21,787 nt of DNA from an uncultured Deinococcales bacterium (lineage in GTDB: Bacteria; Deinococcota; Deinococci; Deinococcales; JAAFIG01), in NCBI GenBank assembly GCA_964244895.1, contig CAXTKV010000076.1, positions 1-21,787 of the forward strand, given 5' to 3'. The notes under the pieces are model-generated. The model searched no databases. It was not told where the DNA came from and worked only from the letters and a program-made list of their open reading frames with translations. How positions within the stretch are numbered: the first letter of the stretch is position 1; the number at the start of each line of letters is the position of its first letter. A program made the translations under genes and the position numbers. Positions 17,711 to 21,787 of this stretch are shown here, piece after piece.

Positions 17711-18130
17711 CGCCGTCACAGACGCAGATAAACCTCCTGGCGATCTACCGATACTTGAATTTGGCTTGAAGCCTGGGCGCATGCTAACACATGCGAATTT
17801 CGCCATTGTGCTCTGCCACAGACTTAATCGAGATTTTCAAGCGACCACAAATGCCAGGCCGAAAGTCACCACCTGATTTCAGCGATCAACCACCGGATGA
17901 ACGCGGCCACTTTTTCTTGAACCCTCTCGCCACGGCGAGATATCAAATGCGTACAGGACGGTATCGGAACCCGATTCTCGGGCATCAAGCCGCCAAGTGC
18001 TGCGATCAAGCCCCGATGGATTCCGAGCACGAGCCAAACCAGATCGTCCAGGACGGTACATACAACCTTAAGGGTTGTGGTGTCATGATGCAATTGTGAC
18101 TCGCATCGCGACACCAAACCAGGTCTCAAC

Positions 18131-19438
18131 GTGAAGGTACTGCTGTTCGCGTACCACTTCCCGCCCGCCCTCGCCTCGCAGGGCGTCCGCTGGAAACACC
18201 TGAGCGCCGAAAGCGTCAAATACGGCCTGGAATGGGACATCCTGACCGCCACCCTGAGCGACAACCGCATCGACGCGGGCGACCTGACGTACCTGACGGA
18301 ACCCTGGTCTACCGCGCCCGGTGTGACAGTGCACCCGACCAGGGTTGGGCTGCGCCACAGCGTGCGGCGCTTCCGAAAAACCGCGCGAGGCGCGATGGTT
18401 CCCGTCAGCAAGGCGCTCAACCGCATCGCGCACCTGACGGATTTCATCTGGATTCCCGACCGTTCCCGCGAATGGATGGGTGGCGCGATCCAGAAAGCCA
18501 GAGCGCTCCACCGCGAGCGCCCATTTGACCTGGTGGTCTCGAGCGGCATTCCCGTCAGCGCGCACGTGGCCGGACGCGACGCCGCCAGAACCCTGAATTT
18601 GCCGTGGGTGGCGGACTGGGGCGACCCGTGGGGATTGAACCCCGTCCTGGACGCGTTGCGGGCCGATGTCGTGCGGCCTTTCGATCGGTGGCTGGAGCGC
18701 TCCTTGGTGCGCGATGCGAGCGGCCTGACCGTCACCACCAACGCGCTGGCGCAAACCTACCGCGAACTGCGCAACGACGCCCACCCTTCCGGCGTGATGA
18801 CGCTCCGCATGGGCTACGATTCCGCCGAATTCGATCAGGCACAAGCCTGCGTGCCCAAAGCCTTGCAGGAACTGGGCGAACCGAACGGACGCATCCGACT
18901 GATCCACACTGGCCTGTACTATCCCGGACGGCGCGATCCGATCGGGCTGATCGAAGCCCTCAGCGCCCGCCCCGACCTGGCCGCCCGCGTGGAAATCGTC
19001 AGCGTCGGCCCCGGCGACAACGAAGCCTACAAACGTCTCGCGCAGGAACGCGGTTTAGAGGCATCGTTCCGCTGGTTGGGCTCGCGCTCCCGCATTGAAG
19101 CCATCGCCATGCAGATCGCCGCCGACGTGCTGTTGTCCTTCGGCTTCGATTCGCCCTACCAGATTCCCGGCAAGCTCAGCGAGTACGCTGCCTGCGACCG
19201 CCCCGTGCTGCACATTCGCGGTTCCCGCCACGACCCCAGTCTGGAAGTCATGAAATACTTGCGCCGTTCCGTGGTCTGCGATAGCGATCCTTTCTCGATC
19301 ACGTTTGCGCTCGAGCACCTGGTCAAGGCCGAATGGAGCGAAACCATCGCGCCGGAACCCGCGACCAACCTCTCCTGGCCCGCGCTGGCCGAACGCCTCG
19401 TCGGGTTCCTGAAGGCGGTCGTGGCTGACAAGCCTTGA
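18131..19438 (+). CDS. GT-B fold glycosyltransferase (GT4-like)
   Basis: MKVLLFAYHFPP, PWVADWGDPW, HTGLYYPGRRDP, IPGKLSEY. Confidence 0.85.
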   Translation: MKVLLFAYHFPPALASQGVRWKHLSAESVKYGLEWDILTATLSDNRIDAGDLTYLTEPWSTAPGVTVHPTRVGLRHSVRRFRKTARGAMVPVSKALNRIAHLTDFIWIPDRSREWMGGAIQKARALHRERPFDLVVSSGIPVSAHVAGRDAARTLNLPWVADWGDPWGLNPVLDALRADVVRPFDRWLERSLVRDASGLTVTTNALAQTYRELRNDAHPSGVMTLRMGYDSAEFDQAQACVPKALQELGEPNGRIRLIHTGLYYPGRRDPIGLIEALSARPDLAARVEIVSVGPGDNEAYKRLAQERGLEASFRWLGSRSRIEAIAMQIAADVLLSFGFDSPYQIPGKLSEYAACDRPVLHIRGSRHDPSLEVMKYLRRSVVCDSDPFSITFALEHLVKAEWSETIAPEPATNLSWPALAERLVGFLKAVVADKP

Positions 19439-19450
19439 TTGCTAAAGCAT

Positions 19451-19496
19451 GAACACCGTCCAGCACGCATGTTTGAGTTTGCGTGCTGGACGGTGT
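19451..19496. repeat. REP-like palindromic element (perfect 17-bp arms)
   Basis: ACACCGTCCAGCACGCA-N10-TGCGTGCTGGACGGTGT. Confidence 0.92.
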
Positions 19497-19503
19497 CGTT
19501 CGC

Positions 19504-19588
19504 TTTTGTCCTCCCCTGCGAAGTAGGGGAGGTGGCATCAGCCCGCCCTCGGCTGATGACGGAGGGGTCTCGGCAGGGGAGGACAAAA
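19504..19588. repeat. Second-type palindromic (MITE-like) element
   Basis: 16-bp perfect terminal IR TTTTGTCCTCCCCTGC/GCAGGGGAGGACAAAA with inner hairpin CATCAGCC-N7-GGCTGATG. Confidence 0.75.
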
Positions 19589-19660
19589 TCTGTGCGAGTC
19601 GTCGGGTGGCTCGAGCCGGGTCAATCGGGATTCTCGAGAATTCTCTTCAATCCTCAGCGT

Positions 19661-21064
19661 TTAATCCTCGGGGCGTTCGCCCTCATCGGCCATGCGCACG
19701 ATGCGCGGCGAGAAACGCGCCACGACATCAACCAAGTCCGTTTGCGCCGCCATGACGGTGTTGATGTCCTTGTAGGCGAACGGGTTCTCGTCGATGCCCG
19801 CCGAGATCAACCTGACGTTGGCCGCCTCCAGGGCGGGCTTGACGGCCTTCCAGTTCCAGAGTTCCTTGGCTTTGGTGCGGCTCATGGCGCGACCCGCACC
19901 GTGCGAGGCGCTCTCCAGTGAGGCCGCGTCGCCGCGACCGCGCACCACGAATCCGGGCGTGGCCATCGAACCCGGAATCACGCCCAGCACGCCCCGCCCC
20001 GCCGGGGTCGCGCCCTTGCGGTGAACGATCAGATCGCGCGGGGCGCCGTCCACGACGTGCGTTTCTTTCCAGGCGAAGTTGTGGTGGTTCTCTACGCCCG
20101 CCAGCACGTCGGCCTCGAGCGCGCGGGCGATGCGCTGGTGAATCACCGCGTGGTTGGCGGCGGCGAATTCGCCCATCAGGTTCATGGCGAACCAGTATTC
20201 CTGGCCCGCTTCGGAATCCATGTCGAGCCACGCCAGTCGCTTCAGCGCGTCCGGCAGTTCCGGGTGCAGTTCCACCGCCAGCTTCGAGTAATGGTTGGCG
20301 ATGCTCGCGCCGGGGCCGCGCGAACCGCTGTGCGAGAGAAGCGCCAGGTACGTGCCCGCCGCGAGGCCCAGCTCGGGCTTCGCGAGTTCTACGGTGCCGA
20401 ATTCCACGAAATGGTTGCCGCTGCCGCTCGTGCCGAGCTGACCGCGCGCCTTGTCGAGCAACTCGCGCGTGATCTTCAATGACTTCCAGTCGGTATCCAG
20501 CACCTCGTGATGGTTGGGTTTTTGCCAGACCACGCCCGTGCCGAAACGCGTCTCGCGCTTGAGGATCTCCTCGAGCCAATCCGCGCGCTTTTCCAGCGCG
20601 TCCACGGGAACGTTCAGCACGGAGAGCTTCATGCGGCAGGCGATGTCCACGCCCACGCCGTAAGGAATCACGGCGTTTTCCGTGGCCAGCACGCCACCGA
20701 TCGGCAGGCCGTACCCCTGGTGCGCGTCCGGCATCAAGGCGCCCGCCACCGCGACCGGCAACTGCGCCGCCGTCTGCATCTGCTGGATTGCGCCCGCCTC
20801 CAGGTCATCGCCCCAGATGCGGTACGGCGCGGGTTTTTCCCTGGCCACGAAACGCGGCTCGCTGGCCTGTTGCACCAAAGCGGCGGCCAGATCGGCGAAG
20901 TACTCGTGATCCAGGTGATCCGCGGGCTGACCGATCACGGCGCTCAGCTCGAGCTTGGTCTGCTCGAGGCCGAGACGCTTGATGGCTTTCGGCAGCAGAC
21001 GCATCGCCACACCGAAGGACGGACCGGGCTTCAGGCCGAGTTGCTCGAGTTCTTTTCCCTTCAT
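19661..21064 (-). CDS. rtcB: RNA-splicing/repair ligase RtcB
   Basis: MPDAHQGYGLPIGG, GVDIAC, GSGNHFVE, HSGSRG, HHN, HRKGA, PGSM, SHGAGR, DENPFAYK. Confidence 0.95.
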   Translation of the reverse strand: MKGKELEQLGLKPGPSFGVAMRLLPKAIKRLGLEQTKLELSAVIGQPADHLDHEYFADLAAALVQQASEPRFVAREKPAPYRIWGDDLEAGAIQQMQTAAQLPVAVAGALMPDAHQGYGLPIGGVLATENAVIPYGVGVDIACRMKLSVLNVPVDALEKRADWLEEILKRETRFGTGVVWQKPNHHEVLDTDWKSLKITRELLDKARGQLGTSGSGNHFVEFGTVELAKPELGLAAGTYLALLSHSGSRGPGASIANHYSKLAVELHPELPDALKRLAWLDMDSEAGQEYWFAMNLMGEFAAANHAVIHQRIARALEADVLAGVENHHNFAWKETHVVDGAPRDLIVHRKGATPAGRGVLGVIPGSMATPGFVVRGRGDAASLESASHGAGRAMSRTKAKELWNWKAVKPALEAANVRLISAGIDENPFAYKDINTVMAAQTDLVDVVARFSPRIVRMADEGERPED

Positions 21065-21219
21065 GGTCTTCCCTTTTCCTGGCGCTCAGTCCTGGGCGCG
21101 CGCCCATCATTGTAGACACGGCGCGGCCCACACGGATTCGCCAGAGGGCTGATCGGGCAATGCCGAACGGCTTAGCGTGGAGCTCGAGCCAGAGCGGCTC
21201 GAGGGCTTTCGTGGGGACG

Positions 21220-21269
21220 AGAACACCGTCCAGCACGATGTCGGTAAAACGCGTGCTGGACGGTGTTCT
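21220..21269. repeat. REP-like palindromic element (perfect 18-bp arms)
   Basis: AGAACACCGTCCAGCACG-N14-CGTGCTGGACGGTGTTCT. Confidence 0.92.
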
Positions 21270-21279
21270 TTGGGTTCAA

Positions 21280-21741
21280 TCAGGAGGGTCGTTTCAATGC
21301 TGGGCACGTTCCCGTGAACGGCACGGATGCGCTCGTCTCGGAGCGGCGCGCACCGGCGGCGCTGACGGTGTACCAGCGCTCGCCGCCCCGACGCGCGGCC
21401 ACCAGGCAGAAATCGTTGGCATCCGCGAACTGCCACACGAACCGGTACGCGGCTGGCGCGGGCTCGAGCACCTTCGGGGTTTTCGGATCGCGCAAGGCTT
21501 CCTCGTTCCGGCGCAAGGATTCCAGGCTGCTGGCGTACACTTTATTTTTTTGAACATACCTGGCCTGCGCGATCACGACGCGGTACAGGTACGAGCGCAA
21601 CTCGCCATCACCCACGACCCTGTTCGGATCGAGGAACAGCCTGAGCGCCCCGAACACCAGCGCCACCGCGATCACCGCGATCAGGATCGGCCACCGGAGG
21701 CGCTGAAATGTGATTGCGGGTTCCGCGCCGGGTTTGCTCAT
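21280..21741 (-). CDS. Hypothetical pilin-like membrane-anchored protein
   Basis: N-terminal TM helix, then AQARY...VYASSLESL and a Cys pair; TAGGCT 7 nt before the ATG. Confidence 0.65.
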   Translation of the reverse strand: MSKPGAEPAITFQRLRWPILIAVIAVALVFGALRLFLDPNRVVGDGELRSYLYRVVIAQARYVQKNKVYASSLESLRRNEEALRDPKTPKVLEPAPAAYRFVWQFADANDFCLVAARRGGERWYTVSAAGARRSETSASVPFTGTCPALKRPS

Positions 21742-21787
21742 CGCGCCCAGCCTACGGCGCGGGCGCGCACCGGAATTGTTTCTTGCG

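Noticed and set aside
14819..17876. Long plus-strand ORFs 14819-16090 and 16329-17876
   Set aside because: Antisense shadows of malF and malE.
17620..19438. Horizontally acquired island around the glycosyltransferase
   Set aside because: The upstream gap is AT-richer, but host-type repeats flank the gene and no mobility genes or att sites are seen.
19500..19660. Y RNA or tRNA next to rtcB
   Set aside because: No tRNA cloverleaf with a T-loop (GTTCRA) and no Ro-binding stem recognised; better explained as a palindromic repeat.

Overview
GC-rich (roughly 64% by eye) bacterial chromosomal DNA. It is most consistent with a Deinococcota (Deinococcus/Thermus-like) genome, based on leaderless TANNNT promoters, the Jag and RtcB sequence types and a DdrO-box-like site. 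Gene order: orphan pstS; alpha/beta hydrolase; an uninterrupted prmC-ruvX(yqgF) reading frame; the jag-yidC-yidD-rnpA-rpmH cluster; two divergent DinB genes plus DUF6157; a GH13 maltodextrin hydrolase; an unknown membrane protein; a malEFG-type ABC transporter; a GT4 glycosyltransferase; rtcB; and a pilin-like gene. No CRISPR array, rRNA, tRNA or transposase is visible. The most notable signals are: (i) a dense REP/REPIN-like palindromic family (arm about GAGAACAC-CGT-N5-ACG-C) in almost every intergenic gap and inside two core proteins; (ii) about 10-fold over-representation of CTCGAG (HIP-like); (iii) the PrmC-RuvX fusion frame; (iv) a repeat-containing micro-ORF that overlaps both the malF stop and the malG start; and (v) an RDRM-like site between the DinB genes.
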